Positions 36,780 through 46,783 are shown, counted from the stretch's first letter. The stretch: DNA of 64,000 bases from Candidatus Saccharimonadales bacterium (GCA_035534875.1 DATLRB010000073.1:35961-99960); one strand, 5' to 3'. Notes: a model not told the origin generated them from the letters alone. Made by a program: numbers and translations.

Positions 36780-37066
36780 GCGCCTCGAACTCGCTGCGCA
36801 CCTGTGCCGGCTGCCGGAAGGTCCGCCCGAAGCACGAGCTGGTCCGCCTGGCGCTCATCGCAGGCTCCGGCCGGGTTACTCTTGATACGTCTGGCCGCTG
36901 TCCCGGCCGGGGCGCGTATCTCTGCCGGGAAACGGGTATCACCTGTCTGCGCCAGTCACGGCGGCACCGGTCCCTGGCGCGCTCGCTGCGGGTCGGGGAT
37001 GATGTAATCGACGAGCCCACCCTCGCCGCAGCGCTCGGGGAGCTCGTCACGGAGGAATCGACATAG
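36776..37066 (+). CDS. ylxR: YlxR-family (DUF448) RNA-binding protein
   Basis: RTCAGCRKVRPKHELVRLA...GRGAYLC is the DUF448 signature. Conserved nusA-ylxR-infB position. Confidence 0.85.
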   Translation: MSASNSLRTCAGCRKVRPKHELVRLALIAGSGRVTLDTSGRCPGRGAYLCRETGITCLRQSRRHRSLARSLRVGDDVIDEPTLAAALGELVTEEST

Positions 37067-37131
37067 CCACGGTCAAGAAGGTCACCCTGCCGGCAGGTCT
37101 CACGGTCGCTGAGCTCGCCGATCGCCTCGAG

Positions 37132-38856
37132 GTGTCGGGTCCGCAGCTGATCAAGTACCTGATGAGCAACGGCGTCATGGCCGCGCTCAACCAGTCGGTC
37201 GACTTCGACACCGCAGCGCTCGCCGCGGATCACTTCGGGTTCGAAGCCGAGTCCGAGGACGCCCTCGCCGAGGCGGCACCCGGCGCCGCGGCCACGGGCC
37301 GGCGCCGCCATCCGCTGCTGGACCTATCAGGAGCAGCGCCCGGGACCCTGATCCCGCGGCCACCGGTGGTCGCAGTGCTCGGACACGTCGACCACGGCAA
37401 GACCTCGCTGCTCGACGCAATCCGCAAGACCCGGGTCGCCTCCGGCGAGGCCGGGGGGATCACCCAGGTCATTCGCGCCCACCAGGTGGAGCACAACGGC
37501 CGGCTGATCACGTTCATCGACACCCCGGGCCACGAGGCGTTCACCGCGATGCGGGCCCGCGGCGCGGATGTCACCGACGTCGCCATCCTCGTGGTCGCCG
37601 CCGACGACGGCGTCATGCCCCAGACGGAAGAGGCGATCCAGCACATCCGCGCGGCGGGCGTGCCCATCGTCGTGGCCATGAACAAGATCGACAAGGACGG
37701 CATCAACCCGGACCGGGTCCTCCAGCAGCTCGCCGACCGAGAGGTCGTGGTCGAGGCGTTCGGCGGCGACGTCCCGGTGGTGCGAACCAGCGCCAAGACA
37801 GGCGAGGGCATCGAGGACCTCCTCCAGAGCGTGCTTGACGTCACCGACGTGTACGTCGAGCCCAAGGCCGACCCGAACGGCCGCGCGGTGGGCACCGTCA
37901 TCGACTCCCATCTCGAGCGGGGGAGAGGCGCGATCGCGACCCTCGTCGTGCAGAACGGCACGCTCCGGGTCGGGGACAACATGGTCGCCGGGTCCGCGTA
38001 TGGCAAGGTGCGCGCCCTGGTCGACGACACGGGGAAACGCATCAAGGAAGCCGGGCCGAGCACGCCCGTCGTCGTGACCGGACTGTCCGAGGTCCTGATG
38101 GCCGGGGAGATCTTCGAGGTCGTCGAGACGGAGCGCGGCGCCCGGGCGAAGGCCGAGCAGCGAGGCTTCGCCGAGAAGCAGCGCCTGGCTCAGCCGGTGC
38201 GCCGGATCACGCTCGCCGACCTTGCACAGAACATCTCCGAGGGCGATATGAAGTCGCTGAACCTCGTCCTCAAGGCCGAGGCGAACGGCTCGCTCGAGGC
38301 GCTGCGCAGCCAGGTGACCAAGATCGAGGACCCGACGGTCAAGATCAAAGTGGTCGGCGAGGGAGTTGGCGCAGTCAGCGAGTCCGACGTCAACCTGGCG
38401 GCGGTCACCGACGCGATCGTCATCGGTTTCAACGTCCGCCCGGACGACCATGCGCGCGCCGCCGCCGAGGAGCAGGGCGTCGATGTTCGCTTCTACGACG
38501 TCGTGTACCAGGTCACCGACGACATCGAGAAGGCCGTCAAGGGTCTCTACCAGCCGACCATGATCGAGGTCACGCAGGGGCGGGCCGAGGTTCGACGCGT
38601 CTACCAGGTCGATGGCAAGCCGGCAATCGCGGGCTCCCACGTTCTCGACGGCAGGATCACGCGCAACGCGACATGCCGGGTCCTGCGGGATGCGAAGGAG
38701 ATCGCTCAGAGCCGCATCGATGCGCTCAAGCGTTTCAAGGACGACGTCCGCGAGGTGACCCACGGATACGACTGCGGCATCACCCTCGCCGACTTCAGCG
38801 ACTTTCACGAGGGCGACATCCTCGAGGCGTTCACCATGGAGCAGCAGAACGCATGA
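37132..38856 (+). CDS. infB: Translation initiation factor IF-2 (short form); the N-terminus probably extends upstream to about 37057-37063
   Basis: G domain motifs GHVDHGKTSLLD / DTPGH / NKID, and domains II-IV. The conserved IF2_N motif TVAELADRLEVSGPQLIKYLM begins in-frame upstream of the first canonical start (GTG 37132). Confidence 0.9.
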   Translation: MSGPQLIKYLMSNGVMAALNQSVDFDTAALAADHFGFEAESEDALAEAAPGAAATGRRRHPLLDLSGAAPGTLIPRPPVVAVLGHVDHGKTSLLDAIRKTRVASGEAGGITQVIRAHQVEHNGRLITFIDTPGHEAFTAMRARGADVTDVAILVVAADDGVMPQTEEAIQHIRAAGVPIVVAMNKIDKDGINPDRVLQQLADREVVVEAFGGDVPVVRTSAKTGEGIEDLLQSVLDVTDVYVEPKADPNGRAVGTVIDSHLERGRGAIATLVVQNGTLRVGDNMVAGSAYGKVRALVDDTGKRIKEAGPSTPVVVTGLSEVLMAGEIFEVVETERGARAKAEQRGFAEKQRLAQPVRRITLADLAQNISEGDMKSLNLVLKAEANGSLEALRSQVTKIEDPTVKIKVVGEGVGAVSESDVNLAAVTDAIVIGFNVRPDDHARAAAEEQGVDVRFYDVVYQVTDDIEKAVKGLYQPTMIEVTQGRAEVRRVYQVDGKPAIAGSHVLDGRITRNATCRVLRDAKEIAQSRIDALKRFKDDVREVTHGYDCGITLADFSDFHEGDILEAFTMEQQNA

Positions 38857-39251
38857 CGCTTCGCTCCGGGGCTCGCAGCCCGCGCCGCGAGCGGGTGGGC
38901 GAGCAGCTTCGCGAGGAAGTCTCGGCCATGATGCTCGGCGAGATCAAGGACCCCCGGGTCCGGCTCGCGTCGATCTCGCGTGTGCGGATGAGCCCGGATC
39001 TGCGCGAGGCGTGGCTCGCCGTGAGCGCGCTCGGCGACGACGCCGAGCGCAAGAACGTCGTCGAGGCGCTCGTGCACGCCGAAGGGTTCGTTCGTGCTCA
39101 ACTGGGCAGGCGGCTCGAGAATCTGCGGAGCATCCCCCGACTCCACTTCGAGCTCGATGAATCGATCGCGTACAGCGTGCGGGTGAGCGCGCTCCTGAGA
39201 GACCTCGCCGGTGAACGTCCCGCCGAGGCGGCCGTGGAGGTTCCCGAATGA
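38853..39251 (+). CDS. rbfA: Ribosome-binding factor A
   Basis: RVGEQLREEVSAMMLGEIKDPRV...SISRVRMSPDLREAWLAVS is the RbfA KH-like signature. ATGA overlap with infB. Confidence 0.9.
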   Translation: MTLRSGARSPRRERVGEQLREEVSAMMLGEIKDPRVRLASISRVRMSPDLREAWLAVSALGDDAERKNVVEALVHAEGFVRAQLGRRLENLRSIPRLHFELDESIAYSVRVSALLRDLAGERPAEAAVEVPE

Positions 39252-40249
39252 CTGTCGCCGCACCCGCTGCCTGGCCGAGTCTCGAGGATGTCGTCGATCC
39301 GATCCGCCAGATCATCGACGGCACGGCACAGATCACCTGCCTTGCGCACAAGGACGCCGACGCCGACAGCCTCGGCTCCGCGCTGGGGTTCGCCCTCGGC
39401 CTGCGCTCCGGGGGGCGCGCTGTTCGTGTCGTGGTGCCCGAGCCGCTGCCCCGGCTCCTGGAGCATCTCCCGGGTTTCGGAACGGTCGAAACCGGTGGGG
39501 AGCCGCTCGGCGACACGGTCTTCACCTTCGACTGCGCCACGCTGGGCCGGTTCGGCGAGCGCCGAGGCGAGGTCGAGCGCGCCGGCACGGTGGTCAACAT
39601 CGACCATCACTCGAGCAATACGGGGTTCGGCACGATCAACCTCGTGGACGCGGCGGCGAGCGCGACCGGGCAGGTGATCCACCGGTTGCTCCGCCGGCTC
39701 GGCATACCGATCAGCCCGGCGGTCGCGACCAATCTCTACGCGGCCCTCTTTACCGACACCGGCGGTTTCCGGCACGAGAACACGACGGAGGCGGCGCTTC
39801 GCCTCGGAGCCTCGCTGGTCGCCGCGGGAGCGGACCCCGGCTGGGTCGCGCTCAAGAGCTACAAGTCCCGCTCCCTCGCCCAGGTGCGCCTCGAGGGCCT
39901 CGCGATCGCACACATGCGCTCCGAGTTGGACGGTCGCCTGCTCTGGTCGGAGGTCACGGCGTCGATGCTCGAGCAGACCGGAGCCGACCTGCAGGACGCC
40001 GAGGGCATCATCGACGCGCTCCAGAGCATCGCCACCATGGAGATCGCCATCCTCTTCAAGGAACACTCAGCCGACCGAAGCAAGATCAGCGTGCGCACGC
40101 GCGACCCCATCGACGCGACCGAGGTCTGCACGCCGTTCGGAGGTGGAGGCCATCGTCGCGCCGCCGGCGCCGAGTTCGGGGATTCGCTTCCCGTCGCGGA
40201 GCGGAAGGTGCTCGAAGTGGCTCGCCGGTTGATCGACTCAACGGGGTGA
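39248..40249 (+). CDS. nrnA: DHH/DHHA1-family phosphoesterase (NrnA-type bifunctional oligoribonuclease / pAp phosphatase)
   Basis: DHH motifs (HKDADADSLGS, NIDHH) and DHHA1 GGGH (FGGGGHRRAAG). Confidence 0.8.
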   Translation: MTVAAPAAWPSLEDVVDPIRQIIDGTAQITCLAHKDADADSLGSALGFALGLRSGGRAVRVVVPEPLPRLLEHLPGFGTVETGGEPLGDTVFTFDCATLGRFGERRGEVERAGTVVNIDHHSSNTGFGTINLVDAAASATGQVIHRLLRRLGIPISPAVATNLYAALFTDTGGFRHENTTEAALRLGASLVAAGADPGWVALKSYKSRSLAQVRLEGLAIAHMRSELDGRLLWSEVTASMLEQTGADLQDAEGIIDALQSIATMEIAILFKEHSADRSKISVRTRDPIDATEVCTPFGGGGHRRAAGAEFGDSLPVAERKVLEVARRLIDSTG

Positions 40250-40311
40250 CCGGCGTCGCCGCGCCGGGCGCCGGCCCACGTCCCGGGTCGGCGGTCGCGC
40301 GCAGGGGAGGC

Positions 40312-41187
40312 GTGCTCCCGCTGGACAAGCCTCCCGGCATCACATCGTTCGACGCCATCCGCCAGGTCCGCCGCATCCTCGGTGAGCGGCGTGTCGGCCA
40401 TGCCGGGACACTGGATCCGACGGCCACCGGCCTGCTGCCCATCTGTGTCGGTCGTACCACTCGCTTTGTCGACTACTTCCACGCCCAGCCCAAGACCTAT
40501 CACTGCGTGGTCCGTCTCGGCGAGCGCAGCGACACGTGCGACACCGAGGGCGTCGTCGTCACCGGCGCCGATGCGAGCGACCTCTCGGCCGAGCGGATCC
40601 GCGCCGCGCTCATGCGCTTCACGGGCGAGATCGACCAGGTTCCACCCATGCACTCGGCGGTTCGGCATGAGGGGAGGCACCTGTACGAGCTCGCCCGCGC
40701 CGGCGAGGAGGTGGTTCGCGAGCCGCGCCGCGTGACCATCCACTCAGCCGAGCTCGTGGACTTCCGCCCGGGTTCGGTCGCCGAGGCCGAGATCGTGGTC
40801 GTCAGCGGCAAGGGGGCGTACATGCGCGTGCTGGCCGCCGACCTCGGCGACGCCCTCGGCACCGGCGGCCTCCTCGGCTGGCTCTCGCGAACGAGCTACG
40901 GCACGCTCGGTCTGAGTTCGTCGATCACGCTCGACCAGTTCGCCGCCCTCGCCGATCCCTGGCTGGCGCTTCTGCCGCCCGACGTTGCCGTGGCTCATCT
41001 CCCGCTCGTCGCCCTCGGTCCGGGGCAGGTGCAACAGGTCCGCCGCGGCCAGTCGGTGTGGCTGCCTCGAGCGATCCTGCCCGACGTCGCCGGCGAGTGC
41101 CGGATGCACGACCCGACCGGCGAGCTGATCGGCATCGGAGAGCTCAACGGGGGCCTGCTCCGCCCGACCAAGGTGCTGGCCGGCTGA
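40312..41187 (+). CDS. truB: tRNA pseudouridine(55) synthase TruB
   Basis: LPLDKPPGITSFD...GHAGTLDPTATGLLPICVGRTT (catalytic Asp) and a PUA-like C-terminus. Alternative GTG start at 40246 overlapping the nrnA stop. Confidence 0.85.
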   Translation: MLPLDKPPGITSFDAIRQVRRILGERRVGHAGTLDPTATGLLPICVGRTTRFVDYFHAQPKTYHCVVRLGERSDTCDTEGVVVTGADASDLSAERIRAALMRFTGEIDQVPPMHSAVRHEGRHLYELARAGEEVVREPRRVTIHSAELVDFRPGSVAEAEIVVVSGKGAYMRVLAADLGDALGTGGLLGWLSRTSYGTLGLSSSITLDQFAALADPWLALLPPDVAVAHLPLVALGPGQVQQVRRGQSVWLPRAILPDVAGECRMHDPTGELIGIGELNGGLLRPTKVLAG

Positions 41188-41194
41188 GGACGCG

Positions 41195-42133
41195 ATGGAA
41201 CTGCTCCATGAGTTCCCCGCAGGGGAGGCGGGCGGTCCAGGATCGGCGGTGACGATCGGCAGCTTCGACGGTGTTCACATCGGACACCGTCGTCTCCTGC
41301 AGCGCGTGCGCGCCGAAGCCACCCGCAGCCGCTTGACCGCGGTCGCGGTCACCTTCGATCCGCATCCGCGCTGCGTCGTCGACCCGTCCGGGTGCCCGCC
41401 GCTCCTCTGCAGCCTGGATGACCGGATCGAGCTGCTGCGAAGGGACGGCGCCGATCGCGTCGTCGTGATCACCTTCACGCGTGAGCTGAGCACGTGGAGT
41501 GCCCAGCGTTTCGCGACGACGCTCGTCGAGCGCCTCGGAATGCGCCGGCTCATCGTCGGGCCCGGCTTTGCCCTGGGACGAGGGCGCGAGGGCAACCTCG
41601 AGTTTCTGGAGCGCCTCGGCGCGGAGAAGGGCTTCCGGGTGACCACGGTCGCGCCGGCGACACGAGGCGGCCTGCCGGTGTCGTCCGGGCGAGTGCGCGA
41701 GTCGATCGTCGCCGGCAGGTTTTCCGATGCGATCTCGATGCTCGGCCACCCTTACGTCATCGAGGGGATCGTCGAACGGGGCGAGGGTCGCGGTGCAGCC
41801 ATGGGCGTCCCGACAGCCAACATCGCGGTCGGCGCGACGCGGTGCCTTCCGCAGGCAGGGGTGTACGCCGGCTGGCTCGACTTCGGCGCCGGCTGGCGCG
41901 CCGCCGCGACCGGGATCGGCACCAGGCCGACGTTCGGCGGCGGGTCGGTGACCGTCGAGGCCCATGTGCTCGACTTCGCCGGCGACCTCTACGGCAGAGC
42001 GGTGCGTCTGGCCCTGGTCCGCCGGCTCCGCTCCGAGCGCGCGTTCGGCTCGATTGCTGCGCTCAAGGCGGCGATGGCCCGCGATATCTCGCACACCAGT
42101 GACATCGTGCGCCGAGCCTCGCCGCCGCCGTGA
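41195..42133 (+). CDS. ribF: Bifunctional riboflavin kinase / FMN adenylyltransferase
   Basis: GSFDGVHIGHRRLL (nucleotidyltransferase motif) and the riboflavin-kinase GVPTANI ... PTFG motifs. Confidence 0.9.
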   Translation: MELLHEFPAGEAGGPGSAVTIGSFDGVHIGHRRLLQRVRAEATRSRLTAVAVTFDPHPRCVVDPSGCPPLLCSLDDRIELLRRDGADRVVVITFTRELSTWSAQRFATTLVERLGMRRLIVGPGFALGRGREGNLEFLERLGAEKGFRVTTVAPATRGGLPVSSGRVRESIVAGRFSDAISMLGHPYVIEGIVERGEGRGAAMGVPTANIAVGATRCLPQAGVYAGWLDFGAGWRAAATGIGTRPTFGGGSVTVEAHVLDFAGDLYGRAVRLALVRRLRSERAFGSIAALKAAMARDISHTSDIVRRASPPP

Positions 42134-43092
42134 CCGCCGGAGCGTTCCTCGTCATGAACCCGGTGAGCGCCGGGGGCAGGACCCATCGAAACTGGCCGGC
42201 GATCGCCGCGGCACTGGTCTCGGCGGGGGTGACCTTCGATCTGCATCGAACCTCGGCAACGGGTGACGCGACCCGGGCAGTTCGGTCGGCGCTCGCCGCC
42301 GGGTATCGGACCGTCGTCGTGGTCGGAGGGGACGGAACACTCAATGAGGTGGTCAACGGGTTCTTCGATCCCGCGGGGATGCCGATCGGAAGCGATGCCG
42401 TGCTCGCCCTGCTCCCGAGCGGGACCGGCGGCGACTTCCGGAGGGCGGCGGGGATCCCTGCCGATCTCGGCGCGGCAGCGCATCTGATCGCGTCCGGTCT
42501 CAGCAGGCGGATCGACGCGGGCCGAGTCGACTTCGCCGACGGGCAGCGGCGGTTCTTCATCAACATCGCGGACTGCGGCATGGGTGGCGAGGTCGTCGCC
42601 CGTGTCAACCGGGGCGCTCACAAGAGCGGCGGCGCCCGGGGGAGCGCCATATTCCTGGCGACATCCCTCTCAACGCTGCTCAAGTACGAATCGCGGATCG
42701 CGCACGTCGATATCGACGGACTCCAGGTCGAGCGCGACGTGCGCAGCGTCGTCGTCGCCAACGGACAGTATTTCGGCGGCGGCATGCGCGTCGCGCCCGC
42801 GGCGGAGCTCGACGACGGCCGGTTCGACGTGGTGATCATCGCGGAGACAGGCAGAATTCGCGCGCTGACCGGCATTCCCTCGCTGTATCGGGGCCGTCAT
42901 GTTCTGCGGAGCGAGGTCGAGGTCCATCGCGCACGAGTCGTGCGGGTGTCGTGCGTCGGTGCCCCGATGCTGTTCGATGTCGAGGGAGAGCAGGTTGGGA
43001 CGACTCCGGCGACACTGACCTGCGTTCCCGGAGCGATCAGCCTGGTGTGCCCACCCGCTGTTGCAGACCGCCGATCGATGATCTCCTGTTAG
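42130..43092 (+). CDS. Diacylglycerol-kinase-catalytic-domain lipid kinase (YegS/BmrU-like)
   Basis: [16 protein letters not shown] (GGDG motif). 320 aa. ATGA overlap with ribF. Confidence 0.75.
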   Translation: MTAGAFLVMNPVSAGGRTHRNWPAIAAALVSAGVTFDLHRTSATGDATRAVRSALAAGYRTVVVVGGDGTLNEVVNGFFDPAGMPIGSDAVLALLPSGTGGDFRRAAGIPADLGAAAHLIASGLSRRIDAGRVDFADGQRRFFINIADCGMGGEVVARVNRGAHKSGGARGSAIFLATSLSTLLKYESRIAHVDIDGLQVERDVRSVVVANGQYFGGGMRVAPAAELDDGRFDVVIIAETGRIRALTGIPSLYRGRHVLRSEVEVHRARVVRVSCVGAPMLFDVEGEQVGTTPATLTCVPGAISLVCPPAVADRRSMISC

Positions 43093-43109
43093 ACTTGCGG
43101 CGAACAATC

Positions 43110-43376
43110 GTGCCAATCGTCAGATCCAAATCCGAGATAATCGCGGAGCATCGGCGCCACGAAACGGACACCGGCTCCACCGAGGTCCAGGTGGCTGTGC
43201 TGTCTGAACGTATCAGTTCGCTCACTGAACACCTTCGCGATCACCCGAAAGATCATGCGTCGCGTCGCGGGTTGCTCAAGCTTGTCGGCCAGCGCCGCCG
43301 GTTGCTCGACTACCTGTCGGGGACTGACGTCGAGCGCTATCGCGCACTGATCGGGCGCCTCGGTCTGCGCCGATAG
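43110..43376 (+). CDS. rpsO: 30S ribosomal protein S15
   Basis: 89 aa from a GTG. ...[53 protein letters not shown] is the S15 signature. Confidence 0.9.
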   Translation: MPIVRSKSEIIAEHRRHETDTGSTEVQVAVLSERISSLTEHLRDHPKDHASRRGLLKLVGQRRRLLDYLSGTDVERYRALIGRLGLRR

Positions 43377-43429
43377 TGTCAGTCGCGACCACTCATCAGA
43401 CCAAAGAAACACACACCATCAACCGACCC

Positions 43430-43441
43430 GGTGCCGGCACC
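43430..43441. promoter_or_regulatory. 12-bp perfect palindrome GGTGCCGGCACC in the 236-nt rpsO-pnp intergenic leader
   Basis: Seen in the sequence. By analogy with the E. coli rpsO-pnp region, a candidate structured or processing element of the pnp leader. Confidence 0.2.
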
Positions 43442-43611
43442 TTCCGGCGACGTCGCACTCACAGGTGAGACGTTGGGGTCCGTGTGTCAGGAAGCGGTGC
43501 CGCAGCTGCAGCGCGAGCCGCAAGCCCTGATGCCCAGCCCCCAACACCTCACCGCTGTAGAGCGCGGCGGAGCGGAATTCTTCCGGCGCGGGTCACCACC
43601 AGGAGACACGC

Positions 43612-45762
43612 GTGGCCATCCCCGACAATCTCAAGAAAACATTTGAAACGGATTTCTGCGGCAAGCGACTGATCGTCGAAACCGGGTACATCGCCGAGCA
43701 GGCGAACGGCGCGGTGATGCTGCGCCTTGGCGACACCGCGCTGCTGGTCACCGCGGTCGCCTCGAAGGCCCCACGGGAGGGGATCGACTTCTTCCCGCTG
43801 ACCTGCGACTACGAGGAGAAGCTCTACGCCGCTGGACGCATCCCCGGATCGTTCCCCCGGCGTGAGGGGAGGCCGAGCGAAGCCGCGACGATCACGAGCC
43901 GGATGATCGACCGCCCCATGCGGCCCCTCTTCCCCAAGGACTTCCGCAATGACGTCCAGATCGTTGCGACCGTGCTCAGCACCGACCAGGAGCAGGACCC
44001 TGCAACGCTCGCCGTCACCGGCGCCTCGTGCGCCCTGCAGATCAGCGGCATTCCCCACGGCGGTCCGGTCGCATGCGTCCGGGTCGGCATGCTCAACGGA
44101 CAGCTGATGCTCAACCCGACCCTGACCGAAATCAACGAGTCGGCGCTCGACCTGATCGTCGCCGGCACGTGGGACGCCATCGTCATGGTCGAGGCCGGGG
44201 CACACCAGATCTCCGAGCAGACGATGCTCCAGGCACTGCGCATGGCGCACGACGAGATCCGCAAGCTCGTGGAGTTTCAGCGCGGTCTCCACGATGCCAT
44301 CGGCAAGCCCACGATGAGCTATCCGTCGCAGAAGGTGTCCCCGGACATCACTGCCGCCGTTCACGAACACGTCGCCGCACGAATCGGCAGCGCGGCGCGC
44401 AACTCCGACAAGGCGTCGCGCGAGGCGGCCCTTGATCACCTCCAGCAGGAGACGGTCTCGGCGCTCGAGGAGCGCTTCCCCGACGCGCGGTCAGACATCT
44501 CCAAGGCCTACGAGTCCGAGGTCAAGAAGGCCGTGCGGGCCGCGATCCTCGACGAGGGAATCCGTCCCGACGGACGCCGCACCGACGAGATCCGGCCCAT
44601 CTGGTGCGAGGTCGGGGTCCTTCCTCGTACCCACGGATCGGCGCTGTTCACCCGCGGGCAGACACAGGCGCTCTCGGTGGTCACCATCGGTTCCGGTCAG
44701 GATCAGCAGAAAATCGACGGGCTCGGCCTCGAGAATTTCAAACGGTTCATGCACCACTACAACTTCCCCCCGTTCTCGGTCGGAGAGGCGCGCCCGCTGC
44801 GCTCCCCGGGCCGTCGCGAGATCGGCCACGGCGCGCTCGCGGAGCGGGCGGTGCACAACGTGATGCCCGACGAGGAGCAGTTCCCGTACGTGGTGCGTAT
44901 CGTCACCGAGATCCTCTCGAGCAACGGCTCCACATCGATGGCATCGGTGTGCGGCTCATGCCTCGCGCTCATGGACGCGGGCGTTCCGCTGGTGGCGCCT
45001 GTCGCCGGCATCGCGATGGGGCTGATCACCGACGAGGGGGCCCAGCACACGGCGATCCTCAGCGACATCCAGGGGATGGAGGATGCGCTCGGCGACATGG
45101 ACTTCAAGGTCGCCGGCTCGGCGACCGGGATCACCGCCATGCAGATGGACTGCAAGATCAGCGGCCTCAGCTGGGACCTGATGGAGCGCGCGCTCGAGCA
45201 GGCTCGAGTCGGCAGGTTGCACATACTCGGGAAGATGTCGGAGGCGCTGGCGGCGCCACGAACCGAGCTGAGCCCGTGGGCGCCTCGCATCGAGGTGATC
45301 AACATCAACCCGGACAAGATCCGCGACGTCATCGGACCGGGCGGCAAGATGATCCGCAAGATCGTCGAGGAAACGGGCGCCCAGATCGACGTGGAAGACG
45401 ACGGCCGGGTGTTCATCGCGTCGGCCAACGCCGCTTCGCGCGAGCAGGCGGTTGCCATGATCCACGACCTGACCGACGACATCGAGATCGGCCGCATCTA
45501 CAAGGGCAAGGTGTCGCGCCTGATGGGCTTCGGTGCCTTCGTCGAGATCATGCCGAAGAAGGAGGGCCTGGTCCGGATCGGCCAGCTCGCCGAGCACCAT
45601 GTCGACAAGGTCGAGGACGTCGTCAACATCGGCGACGAGATCATGGTGAAGGTGATCGAGGTCGACGATCGTGGCCGCGTCAACCTTTCGAGGCGCGAGG
45701 CGATTCGCGAGCTTTCGAAGCAGCAGGAAGCCGCCGGCAACGGCGCCGGCGGACCCGCGTAG
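43612..45762 (+). CDS. pnp: Polyribonucleotide nucleotidyltransferase (PNPase)
   Basis: Two RNase PH domains, then KH (IGPGGKMIRKIVEETGAQIDV) and S1 (GKVSRLMGFGAFVEI) domains. GTG start. Confidence 0.95.
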   Translation: MAIPDNLKKTFETDFCGKRLIVETGYIAEQANGAVMLRLGDTALLVTAVASKAPREGIDFFPLTCDYEEKLYAAGRIPGSFPRREGRPSEAATITSRMIDRPMRPLFPKDFRNDVQIVATVLSTDQEQDPATLAVTGASCALQISGIPHGGPVACVRVGMLNGQLMLNPTLTEINESALDLIVAGTWDAIVMVEAGAHQISEQTMLQALRMAHDEIRKLVEFQRGLHDAIGKPTMSYPSQKVSPDITAAVHEHVAARIGSAARNSDKASREAALDHLQQETVSALEERFPDARSDISKAYESEVKKAVRAAILDEGIRPDGRRTDEIRPIWCEVGVLPRTHGSALFTRGQTQALSVVTIGSGQDQQKIDGLGLENFKRFMHHYNFPPFSVGEARPLRSPGRREIGHGALAERAVHNVMPDEEQFPYVVRIVTEILSSNGSTSMASVCGSCLALMDAGVPLVAPVAGIAMGLITDEGAQHTAILSDIQGMEDALGDMDFKVAGSATGITAMQMDCKISGLSWDLMERALEQARVGRLHILGKMSEALAAPRTELSPWAPRIEVININPDKIRDVIGPGGKMIRKIVEETGAQIDVEDDGRVFIASANAASREQAVAMIHDLTDDIEIGRIYKGKVSRLMGFGAFVEIMPKKEGLVRIGQLAEHHVDKVEDVVNIGDEIMVKVIEVDDRGRVNLSRREAIRELSKQQEAAGNGAGGPA

Positions 45763-45772
45763 CGAGCCCCCG

Positions 45773-46783
45773 GTGCGGTCTGGCGGACCGGCCGTCGCCG
45801 TCGTCGGTGCCACCGGCGCTGCCGGAAGCACGCTGGTGCGCATCCTCGGTGAGCGCGCGTTTCCCGCGTCGGCGTTGTCGCTGTACGCCAGCGCGCGCAG
45901 CGCCGGGCGGCGGGTGAGCACGCACCTCGGCGACCTGGAGGTGCGCGAACTCATCGGGGACGCGCTGCGTGGCGCGGACATCGTCTTCTTCGCCGCGGGC
46001 GCGGGCACGTCGCGCCGTCACGCGCCCGGGGTCGCCGACGCCGGCGGCGTCGCCGTCGACAAGTCGAGTGCGTACCGGATGGACCCCGTGGTGCCGTTGG
46101 TCGTCCCGGAGGTGAATCCGGCCACGCTCGAGCGACATCGAGGGATCGTGGCCAACCCCAACTGCGTCGCGATCCCGCTGAGCATCGTGCTCGCGCCGTT
46201 GCAGCGCGCGTACGGGCTCCGCCACGTGACCGCGGCGACGTACCAGGCCGCCACGGGAGCCGGCCTGGGCCTGGCGGACGAGCTCGATGCCCAGGCACGG
46301 GATGACGCGGCAGGCAACGCCCCGACCGCACGCGTGTACCCGCACGTGCTCCACGGCAACGTGGTACCGGGAGGGTGGGCCATGCAGGGCGCGGACACGG
46401 AGGAGGAGGTCAAGGTCATCGCCGAGACCCGTCGTGTCCTCGACGCACCCGAGCTGCAGATGAGCGTCACCACCGTGCGCGTCCCGGTCGCGATCGGGCA
46501 CAGCGCAGCGGTCTGGGTCGAGCTCGACGAGTCCGCCGACCCCGATGAGGTGCGTGTGCTGCTGGGCGGGTCGCCCGGAATCGTGATCGTCGACGACCCA
46601 TCGCAGCAGCGCTACCCAACGCCGCGGGCGGTCGCAGGCAGTGACGACGTCCAAGTGGGACGGATACGGCGCGATCCCGGCCGCGAGCATGGCATCGCGC
46701 TGTTCTTCAGCGCCGACAACCTCCGCAAAGGCGCCGCGACCAACGCCGTTCAGGTCGCTGAGCTGCTGCTTCGCGAGCGTTGA
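45773..46783 (+). CDS. asd: Aspartate-semialdehyde dehydrogenase
   Basis: VAVVGATGAAGSTLVRIL (NAD motif) and the active-site Cys motif ANPNCVAI. Confidence 0.9.
   Translation: MRSGGPAVAVVGATGAAGSTLVRILGERAFPASALSLYASARSAGRRVSTHLGDLEVRELIGDALRGADIVFFAAGAGTSRRHAPGVADAGGVAVDKSSAYRMDPVVPLVVPEVNPATLERHRGIVANPNCVAIPLSIVLAPLQRAYGLRHVTAATYQAATGAGLGLADELDAQARDDAAGNAPTARVYPHVLHGNVVPGGWAMQGADTEEEVKVIAETRRVLDAPELQMSVTTVRVPVAIGHSAAVWVELDESADPDEVRVLLGGSPGIVIVDDPSQQRYPTPRAVAGSDDVQVGRIRRDPGREHGIALFFSADNLRKGAATNAVQVAELLLRER

Noticed and set aside
35184-38808. Long minus-strand ORFs (482 and 493 aa) antisense to rimP-nusA and infB
   Set aside because: Shadow ORFs opposite conserved housekeeping genes, with no domains. 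The same applies to the minus ORFs at 49434-51575 (antisense ftsK), 60435-62081 (antisense mutS), 32039-33388 and 39098-40066.
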